Source: an uncultured bacterium
Lineage (GTDB): Bacteria > Patescibacteriota > Minisyncoccia > Moranbacterales > UBA2206
Direction of reading: 5' to 3'
NCBI GenBank assembly: GCA_903937035.1
Contig: CAIZXS010000012.1
Coordinates: 18,314 to 82,313 of the forward strand
DNA: 64,000 nt
In this document: positions 45,962 to 53,874 of the stretch, one piece after another
How positions within the stretch are numbered: position 1 is the first letter of the stretch
How the letters are laid out: each line of letters opens with the position of its first letter
Program-made: the position numbers and the translations under genes
Notes under the pieces: generated by a model
Told to the model about the DNA's origin: nothing
The model's input: only the letters and a program-made list of their open reading frames with translations
The model's database searches: none

Positions 45962-45996
45962 GTCCTGAAAAGAGGGGTTCGACTCCCCTTGGGGCT
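45962..45996 (+). pseudogene. 3' half of a tRNA-Glu copy (3' anticodon stem, variable loop, canonical T-arm TTCGACT, acceptor 3' strand)
   Basis: tcctgaaaagaggggttcgactccccttggggcta matches the tRNA-Glu 3' half except T-loop TTCGA vs TCCGA. Preceded by caggcccaaaattggtgtggggcaag, the inverse of the upstream CCCCACACCAA motif. Confidence 0.7.
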
Positions 45997-46000
45997 ACAT

Positions 46001-46606
46001 ATGGAACAGCTTGGTCAAAACATCTTTCAATTTTTGCATCAGTATGGCTATTGGTTGATGGTACCACTGATGATTATTGAGGGTCCGGTGGTAACAGTAA
46101 TTGCCGCGATGCTGGCATCCCTTGGCGCTTTTAATGTTTTTTTAGTTTTACTTTTTTCAATTCTCGGAGACATTATTGGAGATATCGCGCTCTATGGTTT
46201 GGGCTATCGATTTGGCATGGGGTTTGTCCGGCATGTTGGGAAGTATATGGGCATCACGGAGAAACTGGTATTGCGGATGCAGAAATATTTCAAAAAGCAT
46301 GGAGGAAAAACAATTTTTGCCGTTAAATCGACAACGGGACTTTGTTGGGCTACTTTCACGGCCGCCGGAATCGTCAAAATGGATTTCAAAAAATTTCTGA
46401 AAAATTCTTTCTATGGTGGTATTGTTTGGAGTGGATTTTTGGTTGCAATGGGTTATTTTTATGGCTACCTTTGGCGCGAAATAAAACAATACATCCAGTG
46501 GATTGGCTGGGCAATTTTTGCTGTGGCAGCTGCCTCTATCGTCGTAGTTACGCTTTATAAGAATCTCCAGGCAAAGAAGCTTCTACGGGAAGGACATGAA
46601 AAATAA
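46001..46606 (+). CDS. DedA/TVP38 family membrane protein
   Basis: 'YGYWLMVPLMIIEGPVVTVIAAML...' with multiple TM segments. The ORF-track start at 45953 overlaps the tRNA fragment; MEQLGQ (46001) is preferred. Confidence 0.7.
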   Translation: MEQLGQNIFQFLHQYGYWLMVPLMIIEGPVVTVIAAMLASLGAFNVFLVLLFSILGDIIGDIALYGLGYRFGMGFVRHVGKYMGITEKLVLRMQKYFKKHGGKTIFAVKSTTGLCWATFTAAGIVKMDFKKFLKNSFYGGIVWSGFLVAMGYFYGYLWREIKQYIQWIGWAIFAVAAASIVVVTLYKNLQAKKLLREGHEK

Positions 46607-46644
46607 GCCCTTTTGTTTTCATAGGTCATCAAGCAAAATCTTGC

Positions 46645-47520
46645 TTGGCTTTTTGTGCTTGGTTGGCTAAATTAGATAAAGGTAGTAGGATATTAAGTAT
46701 GGTCAAGCGATTGTATGAAAAAGTGAAATCAGTCATTTTTGCTGATCCGAAGTTACTCTACAAAGAAGAGATTGCCTTCACTAATAAGCCCTTCTACTTT
46801 GCTGGTGTTAATAATCGGGCGGTTTTGCTTGTGCATGGCTGGACCTCAACTTCCTATGAAGTTCGTCGCCTTGGTCGTTATCTCAATGAGAGTGGTTATA
46901 CCGTTTCTGCACCGATGCTTCGCGGACACGGAACAGTGCCAAAAAGCTTGGAAGATGTTAGCTTTTTGGATTGGCTATCGGACCTGGAAGGGGAATGTCA
47001 AGCGCTTAAAAAAGAGCATACGCAGGTCTATATTGCTGGTACTTCAATTGGCGCTAACTTGGCAATGATGTTGGCCAAGAAAGACCAGTCTATTTCCGGA
47101 TTAGTTTTGATGGCCACGCCATACAAAATTAAGTTAGAAAAAATTACAGTGGGGTTCGCCAAATTGCTAGGTTTTTTCAAGGCATATAATAAGAAATTCT
47201 ATCCACCAACCTTTGGACTTTCTTCCACGATTACGCGTTTGATTTCCTATCAAACCTATCCAATCAAGAGCGCCTTGGAAACATTTGAGCTGATAAGGGA
47301 ATCACGCAAAAACTTGGAAAAAATTATTCAGCCGTGTTTTATTATTCAATCACAGAGCGATCATGTTGTGGCGAAAAAAAGCTTGGAGAGGATTTTTGAA
47401 AAAATCGGTTCGAAAATTAAGAAAAAAAAATACATTAAACGAGCCTATCATACTTTCATATCAGATATTAAAAATGAAAAGATCTTTGAGGAGATTTTGC
47501 AATTTTTAGATGAAAACTAG
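46645..47520 (+). CDS. Alpha/beta-hydrolase fold esterase/lipase
   Basis: 'VLLVHGWTSTSYE' (oxyanion HG), nucleophile elbow 'GTSIGAN' (GxSxG), C-terminal His region. Start could be 46699 (MVKRLYEK). Confidence 0.7.
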   Translation: MAFCAWLAKLDKGSRILSMVKRLYEKVKSVIFADPKLLYKEEIAFTNKPFYFAGVNNRAVLLVHGWTSTSYEVRRLGRYLNESGYTVSAPMLRGHGTVPKSLEDVSFLDWLSDLEGECQALKKEHTQVYIAGTSIGANLAMMLAKKDQSISGLVLMATPYKIKLEKITVGFAKLLGFFKAYNKKFYPPTFGLSSTITRLISYQTYPIKSALETFELIRESRKNLEKIIQPCFIIQSQSDHVVAKKSLERIFEKIGSKIKKKKYIKRAYHTFISDIKNEKIFEEILQFLDEN

Positions 47521-47525
47521 GAGTT

Positions 47526-48707
47526 ATGAATATTGCCATCTTCACTAACAACTATTTGCCTAACCCCTACGGCGTGACCGTTTCCGTGGAAACATTTCGC
47601 GCGGAATTGGAAAAGCGGGGACACACTGTCTATATTTTTGCACCCAAATGGAAGGGGTATCTAGATGAAAATCCGAACGTTTTTCGCTATCCTTCAATTG
47701 ATATTGAATTTAAGTTTCGTTTTCCGTTGCCCTTGCCTTTTTCTTGGCGGATGCACAAGGTTCTAAAAAAGCTCAAGATTGACATTGTCCATGCTCAGCA
47801 TCCCAATCTTCTGGGAGCAGTCGCCAGAAATTGGGCGAAAAAAAAGAAGATTCCCTTGGTGTTCACTTGGCACACGCTTTACGATCAATATACTAATTTC
47901 ATCCCACTGGTACCCAAAAAATGGGCAGCGAATTATATTATCAAAAAAGCGACGGACTATGCCAATGGTGCGAATGCGGTCATTGCTCCAACGGCTTCGA
48001 TTATTCCAATCCTCCGAAAGTGGGGAGTAAAAAAAGAAATTATCCCGATTGCCACTGGAATCAAGGCGGGGGAATTTGAAAATACTGATCGAGAAATTGT
48101 GAGAAAAAAGCTTAATATCGCCAAGGATGAGATTGTGCTTTTTCTGGTTTCCCGATTAACGGGAGAAAAAAATATCGAATTTGTTTTTCGCGCCCTGAGA
48201 AATATTCTAGCGGACAGTCCGCTGGAAAGCGGACTGTCCGCGCGAAAAGTGAAATTTTTGGTAGCAGGGGATGGCTATCTTTTGCCTGAGCTAAAAAAAT
48301 ATTGTGAAAAAGCGGAGATTTCTAACTCAGTGATTTTTGCGGGGCTTATTCCTCATGAAGAAGTGAAAAATTATTTTGCGGCAACGGATATTTTTGTCTA
48401 TGGTTCACAATCAGAAACTCAAGGCATTATCCCGCTTGAAGCGATGTATATGGGTCTCCCAATTGTAGCAGTCAATTCCACTGGAATCAGCAGTCTGATG
48501 CTCAATAAGGCCAATGGTTTTTTGGTGCGCGAAGATGAAAGAGAATTTTCTGATGCCGTTTTAAAACTAATTAATGACCCTGAACTGCGCAAGCGTTTTG
48601 GGGAAGCATCAGGAAAAATTGCGCGAGAGAATTTTACGAGCGAGGTTTGTACGGATAAATTATTGAAAGTGTATGATGAGGCGATCAATAATAAAAATGG
48701 CAAATAA
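47526..48707 (+). CDS. GT4-family glycosyltransferase (GT-B fold)
   Basis: 'FLVSRLTGEKNIEFVFRAL', 'VAGDGYLLPELKK', 'FVYGSQSETQGIIPLEAMYMGLPIVAVNSTG' (E-x7-E motif). Confidence 0.85.
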   Translation: MNIAIFTNNYLPNPYGVTVSVETFRAELEKRGHTVYIFAPKWKGYLDENPNVFRYPSIDIEFKFRFPLPLPFSWRMHKVLKKLKIDIVHAQHPNLLGAVARNWAKKKKIPLVFTWHTLYDQYTNFIPLVPKKWAANYIIKKATDYANGANAVIAPTASIIPILRKWGVKKEIIPIATGIKAGEFENTDREIVRKKLNIAKDEIVLFLVSRLTGEKNIEFVFRALRNILADSPLESGLSARKVKFLVAGDGYLLPELKKYCEKAEISNSVIFAGLIPHEEVKNYFAATDIFVYGSQSETQGIIPLEAMYMGLPIVAVNSTGISSLMLNKANGFLVREDEREFSDAVLKLINDPELRKRFGEASGKIARENFTSEVCTDKLLKVYDEAINNKNGK

Positions 48708-48718
48708 CTAATGTGTGT

Positions 48719-48746
48719 CATTCCCGCGGAGGCGGGAATCCAGTGG
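48719..48746. repeat. Mini-palindrome TGTCATTCCCGCGGAGGCGGGAATCCAG (solo fused ends of the GTCATTCCCGC element family)
   Basis: attcccgcggaggcgggaat is a perfect 20-bp palindrome and the reverse complement of 5932-5950. Confidence 0.7.
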
Positions 48747-48799
48747 ATAAACTTAATGAAAAGTCATTGGTATAATATCTAGATAGTTAATTGAAAAAG

Positions 48800-48953
48800 C
48801 CTCTTCTCCCCTCGGGAGAAGGTGGCCGGAGGCCGGATGAGGGTGCTCACAGAAACAATAAAAAACTTTAATTTAGTTGGTGGTTTTCTATGTGTTGGTG
48901 AAAACCCTCACCTGTCCTTCGGACATCCTCTCCCGGAGGGCGAGGAGGATATT
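48800..48953. repeat. ~155-nt multi-hairpin repeat element, copy 2 (inverted relative to 27208-27363)
   Basis: cttctcccctcgggagaag, ggccggaggccgg, gatgagggtgct..aaccctcacc, tgtccttcggaca, tcctctcccggagggcgaggagga. Aligns to reverse complement of copy 1 with hairpin-preserving substitutions. Confidence 0.6.
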
Positions 48954-49041
48954 TTGCAAGAATGAATAAAGCAAAACACCCTCGACATAATTCATGCCAA
49001 GGTGCGTGACCGTTCAATTTATAGGACGATAAACTTTTTGA

Positions 49042-49344
49042 CTATTTTTTTCTAAAAACAACCCAATATCCAGAAGGGTCGGAGTGCGCGGTTATCGGAA
49101 ATGCGGTTGCGAGGCAATAGCCCGCGTCCTCTTGTTGCTTAAGGAGGGTTGAAAACGTTTTTCCGAAATCATCTGACTTTGTTGTGTTGTATGGTGAATA
49201 GATATAAAATAAATCATTTCCATAATCAACAATGAAGCATCTTCCAGCTTCTGTTTTTGGTTGGTCGGTTATGTCAGCCATAGTTGGCGTAACAGGAACG
49301 AGTAGAATGATCGCCATTGCAAAAACTATTGCACACTTTTTCAT
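49042..49344 (-). CDS. Small secreted hypothetical protein (100 aa)
   Basis: SD aaaaggagaatcgaaaATG on minus strand. Signal peptide MKKCAIVFAMAIILLVPVTPTMA. Confidence 0.5.
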   Translation of the reverse strand: MKKCAIVFAMAIILLVPVTPTMADITDQPKTEAGRCFIVDYGNDLFYIYSPYNTTKSDDFGKTFSTLLKQQEDAGYCLATAFPITAHSDPSGYWVVFRKK

Positions 49345-49438
49345 TTTCGATTCTCCTTTTCTGGATTGTTAAGAAATATTTATTTGCGAGTCTTTGCTCG
49401 ATAATCGACAGTAGCGCAAAAAGCATAAAAAGTCAAGC

Positions 49439-51532
49439 TCACTCTAAATGTACATCCTTCGCGAATTTTTCCAAGGCTTTTGCGATAAGTGGGTGTTTTT
49501 TTAGTTTTGAGTCTGTCTTGAAAATATTCTGGGCTTCCGCGCGAGCGAGTTTAATTAATTTTAAATTGTTGAGATTTTCCATAGCAATATCAGAAAATCC
49601 CGATTGGGATTTTCCGAGCAGTTGTCCCGGGCCGCGCAGTTTCAAATCAATTTCGGAAAGTTCAAATCCGTCATTGCTTTTTTCCATTGCGCGCATGCGT
49701 TCTAGCGCGGTTTTGGTAGCTGAGTCAGTGAAAAGAAAGCAATATGACTGGTGCTCTCCACGACCGACGCGGCCACGGAATTGGTGGAGTTGGGAAAGAC
49801 CAAAGCGGTCGGAATTTTCGATGAGCATGATTGTGGCATTGGGGATGTCGATGCCAACTTCGACGACCGAAGTGGAAACCAGAATTTGACTTTTTTTATC
49901 CTTGAAATCTTGCATTACTGTTTCTTTTTCTTTAGATTTGAGTCGGCCATGCAGTAGTCCCAAGTGATATTCAGGAAAAATTTCAGAAAGTTTTTTGTGC
50001 TCTTCGGTGACTGCTTTGACTTCTGTGAGCACTTTGGATTCTTCGACTAGTGGCAAAATAACGAAGACTTGGCGGCCGGCATCAATTTCTTTGCGCATAA
50101 AAGCATAAATCTGATCTCTTTGCGCAGGGAGGACAATTCTGGTGATGATTGGTTTTCTATTTTTAGGCATCTCGTCCAAAATGGATAAATCGAGACTGCC
50201 AAAAAAAGCAATTGCCAAGGTGCGCGGAATTGGCGTCGCGGTCATAGTGAGGAGGTGGGGGATGGTTTTCTTTTTTCCATCTTTGAGTTGCATGGTTTCT
50301 TTTTGCAACTCGGATCTTTGGGCGACGCCAAAGCGATGCTGCTCGTCAATAATTACTAGCGCAAGATTTTTGAAATTAACATCTTTTTGGATAATGGCGT
50401 GTGTACCGATGACTAGGTTTATTTCTCCATTTTCAATTTGCCCTAGCATTTGATCGCGCGTAATCTTTTGCGCCTTTGGTTCCCAACTTTGAAAAATTAA
50501 TTTATAGGAACTGGTGAGTAGCGCAATTTTGAAATCATATGCGGAAAATAGTTTGCAAAAACTTTCAAAGTGTTGGAGTGCGAGCACTTCAGTGGGAGCA
50601 AGGATGGCGACTTGATGTTTTTGGGAAAGCACACTAAGCGTGGAAATAGCTGCTACAACTGTCTTTCCTGCGCCCACATCGCCGTTCAAAAGGCGATTCA
50701 TCGGACTCGTTTTTTCTAGGTCTCTTAGGATTTCAAAAGAAGATTTATGTTGAGCTCCAGTTAGTTTGAAGGGAAGATTTTCAATGAATTTATTGATCAG
50801 TTTCTCGTCAAGCAAAAGATTGGTCGCGCTTTGCGCTTCCCAGGTATTTTTCACTCGCAGTGTTTTTATCTGCATCAAAAACATTTCGCGAAAAGCAAAA
50901 GTTTTTTGGGCGATAAGGAGCTTTTCTTGATTTTCTGGAAAATGGATCTGCCCGAGTGCAGAAATTAAAGAGTAGAGATGAAATTTTTTGCGAAGTTCTT
51001 CTGGCACAAAATCTTCCAACTGAGTGATATTTGCAAAAAACGTTTTCATCTGCCAACGGATCCACTTGGAGGTGAGACCAGGAGTTTCGCTGTAGATTGG
51101 CACAAGTTGTCCTGTGTTAGTTTTTTCGCGCGAGGCCCTTTCCCAAGCAGGATTGGAAAGTGTGAAATATTTTCCCATGCGACTGAGTTTTCCTGATAGA
51201 CGAACTTCGCTGCCAATCGGCAGAGATTCGAGCATGAAAGGTTGGTTGAACCAAACCGCTTTCAGGGGGGTTTGATTTTCATCTTCTAGATAAACTTCCG
51301 CAATGGTCATTTTGCGACGAAAAATACGATTTAGCTTTGTTTTCATGACGACAGCTGAGACAGTGACTACTGAATTTAGATGTTCATCGGAAAGCGCGAC
51401 CGTTTGGGAAAAGTCGTCATAACGAAAGGGTAGGTAGAACAAAAAATCTTGCACGGTAAAAAGCCCCAGCTTCTCCAGGATTTTAATATACTTCGGAGTG
51501 ATTTTGGGAATATTTTTGAGAAGAGTGTTCAT
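49439..51532 (-). CDS. recG: ATP-dependent DNA helicase RecG
   Basis: Wedge/N-terminal 'MNTLLKNIPKITPKYIKILEKLGLFTVQDFLFYLPFRYDD', Walker A 'LLNGDVGAGKTVVA', DEQH 'VIIDEQHRFG', 'QFRGRVGRGE'. Start set at 51532 (MNTLL) so it does not run through the tRNA. Confidence 0.9.
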   Translation of the reverse strand: MNTLLKNIPKITPKYIKILEKLGLFTVQDFLFYLPFRYDDFSQTVALSDEHLNSVVTVSAVVMKTKLNRIFRRKMTIAEVYLEDENQTPLKAVWFNQPFMLESLPIGSEVRLSGKLSRMGKYFTLSNPAWERASREKTNTGQLVPIYSETPGLTSKWIRWQMKTFFANITQLEDFVPEELRKKFHLYSLISALGQIHFPENQEKLLIAQKTFAFREMFLMQIKTLRVKNTWEAQSATNLLLDEKLINKFIENLPFKLTGAQHKSSFEILRDLEKTSPMNRLLNGDVGAGKTVVAAISTLSVLSQKHQVAILAPTEVLALQHFESFCKLFSAYDFKIALLTSSYKLIFQSWEPKAQKITRDQMLGQIENGEINLVIGTHAIIQKDVNFKNLALVIIDEQHRFGVAQRSELQKETMQLKDGKKKTIPHLLTMTATPIPRTLAIAFFGSLDLSILDEMPKNRKPIITRIVLPAQRDQIYAFMRKEIDAGRQVFVILPLVEESKVLTEVKAVTEEHKKLSEIFPEYHLGLLHGRLKSKEKETVMQDFKDKKSQILVSTSVVEVGIDIPNATIMLIENSDRFGLSQLHQFRGRVGRGEHQSYCFLFTDSATKTALERMRAMEKSNDGFELSEIDLKLRGPGQLLGKSQSGFSDIAMENLNNLKLIKLARAEAQNIFKTDSKLKKHPLIAKALEKFAKDVHLE

Positions 51533-51536
51533 TTGT

Positions 51537-51551
51537 GCGCTTAGCAGGAAT
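51537..51551. repeat. 15-nt partial duplicate of the tRNA-Arg 3' acceptor/T-arm region (gcgcttagcaggaat), separated from the tRNA by ttcaccccacaccaaattgtatgg
   Basis: Matches cttagcaggaat of the adjacent tRNA at 51588-51599 (as read on + strand). Confidence 0.55.
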
Positions 51552-51583
51552 TTCACCCCACACCAAATTGTATGGGATATTTG

Positions 51584-51656
51584 TGTCCTTAGCAGGAATC
51601 GAACCTGCGACCTTCTGGACCGCAACCAGACGCTCTATCCACTGAGCTATAAGGAC
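51584..51656 (-). tRNA. tRNA-Arg (anticodon GCG as read)
   Basis: Acceptor GTCCTTA/TAAGGAC, D-arm GCTC AGTGGATA GAGC, anticodon stem TCTGG/CCAGA with loop TTGCGGT, T-arm GCAGG TTCGATT CCTGC. Confidence 0.75.
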
Positions 51657-51718
51657 GTACGATAAAAAAGCGACAACCTATGCTTTTTAACACATAAAAA
51701 AGAAAAAAGCAATATTTT

Positions 51719-52309
51719 TTATATTCCCAAAAATCTTTCCAATAGCTCCGCTGCGTTATGTTCTTGTTTTATTTCCGGGATGTATTCGAGTAATATTCGA
51801 CGGATCTCAACAGGATCCTCCTTGTTGATTGGAATATGTACAAAAGGCGTTAGGTAACTTTTTATGTGCAAACTGATTACTTTTTTATATTCCGGATCAT
51901 AAAAAATCCAAAAAGAACGAATATTTTCAAATTCGTATATTTCCTTGCCGGCTAGTATCCCCTCGGGTACGATTTGAAAATTGAGAATGCGCGGCTCTTT
52001 ATTGAGGTGCATGTAAGCAACAATCCCGATGAGAACAAAAACGATAGCCATTATGGGGTTATTGGTAAATGTGGCATAGATAATAATTGCGAGAAGGACG
52101 AGTGCAGCGTAAGAAAGGCGTTTTTTATTTTGTTCAACCATATCAAATTCTGGTGCACTCCAAGATAAATGTGAGTCCTGGGAGTGTTGCTCCAAGAGTT
52201 CTGTGTTATGGGGGGGAGGAAGCATTTCCGGTTCTTCCCAGTTTTTTTCTAGAAGTAATTCTTCCTCGGCGTTATTCTTGGGATGTTGTTTGTGATTTTC
52301 GATATACAT
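51719..52309 (-). CDS. Hypothetical two-TM membrane protein
   Basis: ORF with acidic N-terminus and hydrophobic helices 'LSYAALVLLAIIIYATF' and 'IMAIVFVLIGIVAYM'. Start codon uncertain. Confidence 0.4.
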   Translation of the reverse strand: MYIENHKQHPKNNAEEELLLEKNWEEPEMLPPPHNTELLEQHSQDSHLSWSAPEFDMVEQNKKRLSYAALVLLAIIIYATFTNNPIMAIVFVLIGIVAYMHLNKEPRILNFQIVPEGILAGKEIYEFENIRSFWIFYDPEYKKVISLHIKSYLTPFVHIPINKEDPVEIRRILLEYIPEIKQEHNAAELLERFLGI

Positions 52310-52524
52310 TATTTTTTTGGGTAAATTTCTAACTCTAACTTACTCCATATTAGCATATTGAACTTGAAAGGACAAAAGTTTGTAAGATTGTAGGGAGGAG
52401 AGAATTATAATAGAATTTGAATTTCTCTCTACATATTAGTAAAAAGAAAAAATAGAGTGTTCTTTGATAGGGTTTACAAATACTGGTCCAGCTGGTAGTA
52501 TTTAAAAGTTAGGTTTAGGATATT

Positions 52525-52616
<92 letters not shown>

Positions 52617-52792
52617 AACGAAGTGAATAAGGAGAGGAGCAAGCCAACTGCTTGGCTTGCGTGAGGGATTTGAAAGACGGAGCGCGGCGGCGCGTTGAAA
52701 AGTAATAATATTACTTTTCAAGGGTCGAGCAAATTTTTAGCAAAAAATTATGCGTGACCAAATCTTCATTTTGTTCTCAATCTTAGTATACT

Positions 52793-52880
52793 GGAGAGAT
52801 GGCCGAGTGGTTTAAGGCAACAGTCTTGAAAACTGTCGTACTGTTAAAGGTACCGTGAGTTCGAATCTCACTCTCTCCGC
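52793..52880 (+). tRNA. tRNA-Ser (TGA), long variable arm
   Basis: GGAGAGA acceptor, anticodon stem ACAGT/ACTGT with loop CTTGAAA, variable arm, T-arm GTGAGTTCGAATCTCAC. Confidence 0.8.
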
Positions 52881-52925
52881 CTTCGCTAAAGCTTCGACGG
52901 ATAAATCCGCAGTCTTAAATCTATT

Positions 52926-52999
52926 CGGGGTGTAGTATAGTGGTAGTACGCAAGGCTGGGGGTCTTGTAGTCGGAGTTCAATTCTCCGCACCCCGACCA
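52926..52999 (+). tRNA. tRNA-Pro (GGG), CCA encoded
   Basis: Acceptor CGGGGTG/CACCCCG, D-arm GTAT AGTGGTA GTAC, anticodon stem CAAGG/TCTTG with loop CTGGGGG, T-arm CGGAG TTCAATT CTCCG, ends ...ACCA. Confidence 0.75.
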
Positions 53000-53001
53000 G
53001 T

Positions 53002-53805
53002 CTAAATCTTTTGCCTGGCAATAATTGCACCAAAGACTTCTTTTGCTCCTGAATCTTTGAGGATTTTCGCGCATTCAAAAAGTGTTGCTCCGGTCGTAGC
53101 GATATCATCTATGAGTAGGATTCTTTTGCCCCTAAGAGCTTCTTTCGCTTGCGATGGAACGCTGAATGCGCCGTGAAGATTACTTAGTCTTTCTTGATAG
53201 GATTTGATTTTCATTTGCGTTTTAGTTTTTTTTCGGCGAAAAACTAAATCGGTACGAACCGATAGCGGGAGGCCTGGCGTCAAACTTTGGCCTATGAAAT
53301 TAGCAAGAATTTCTGCTTGATTGAAACCGCGCCATTTCAGCTTGTGTCTATGAATTGGAGTGGGGATTATGAGATCCGGCAGGGGGAGATCGTTTTTCTG
53401 CAAAGCTCTGGTGATGATTTTTCCCAGTGGCTGTCCGAGGTCGGAAACGAAATTGTATTTAAATAAATGAACAAATTTGGCAATTTTTTGGTAATCGGTG
53501 GCGCAAACTAGGGCGCTTAAAGATAATAAGGAATTTTTTTCAAATTGATGTTTGCGACATTTTTCACATACAACGCCAGCTTGCGTGATCTCTTTTTCAC
53601 AATAGGGGCAAAGTTGGAAGGAGAGAAGTGGAAAATTTTTCACACATCTCGAACAAAGCCAAGTATTTTTTTTCCGACAAATCAAACACGAGATGGGGAA
53701 AAGCGCATCAAGAAAGAAAGTATTTACTTTTTTTAAGAAGGATGATGGCTTTTGGATATTTTTGATTTTAGTTTTTTGACTTTTTATCCAGTTTATTTTT
53801 TTCAA
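53002..53805 (-). CDS. comFC: ComF/ComFC-family phosphoribosyltransferase-domain competence protein
   Basis: N-terminal Zn-ribbon Cys pairs (CLICRKK..CSRC, CPYCEK...CEKC) and PRTase motif 'KRILLIDDIATTGATL'. Confidence 0.75.
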   Translation of the reverse strand: MKKINWIKSQKTKIKNIQKPSSFLKKVNTFFLDALFPISCLICRKKNTWLCSRCVKNFPLLSFQLCPYCEKEITQAGVVCEKCRKHQFEKNSLLSLSALVCATDYQKIAKFVHLFKYNFVSDLGQPLGKIITRALQKNDLPLPDLIIPTPIHRHKLKWRGFNQAEILANFIGQSLTPGLPLSVRTDLVFRRKKTKTQMKIKSYQERLSNLHGAFSVPSQAKEALRGKRILLIDDIATTGATLFECAKILKDSGAKEVFGAIIARQKI

Positions 53806-53874
53806 TGTTAATTGTCAACAAAGCAGGTTTATGTTAAAATATTGGAGTATATATAATCTACTAATAAACAAAAA

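Noticed and set aside
45808-45996. Interpretation of the split outer tRNA-Glu as a tRNA with a canonical intron
   Set aside because: Joining the two halves yields a 5-nt anticodon loop, not a 7-nt loop. There is no bulge-helix-bulge geometry and it is too short for a group I intron. Kept as a recombination or insertion footprint instead.
45775-46080. 101-aa ORF and the 45953 start of the DedA ORF overlapping the tRNA-Glu copies
   Set aside because: They read through tRNA sequence and tRNA fragments. The repeated 'PIVYRLGHQVF' peptide is just the tRNA translated. DedA start moved to 46001.
49317-49889. 190-aa plus-strand ORF
   Set aside because: Fully antisense to recG, which has clear helicase motifs. 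No SD.
51533-51625. N-terminal extension of the recG ORF (MRSRRSQVRFLLRTQ...)
   Set aside because: Extension runs across the tRNA-Arg gene and its duplicate. A canonical RecG N-terminus starts at MNTLLKNIPKITPKY (51532).
52812-53108. 98-aa and 62-aa minus-strand ORFs over the tRNA-Ser/tRNA-Pro region
   Set aside because: Overlap three well-formed tRNA genes. No coding signal.
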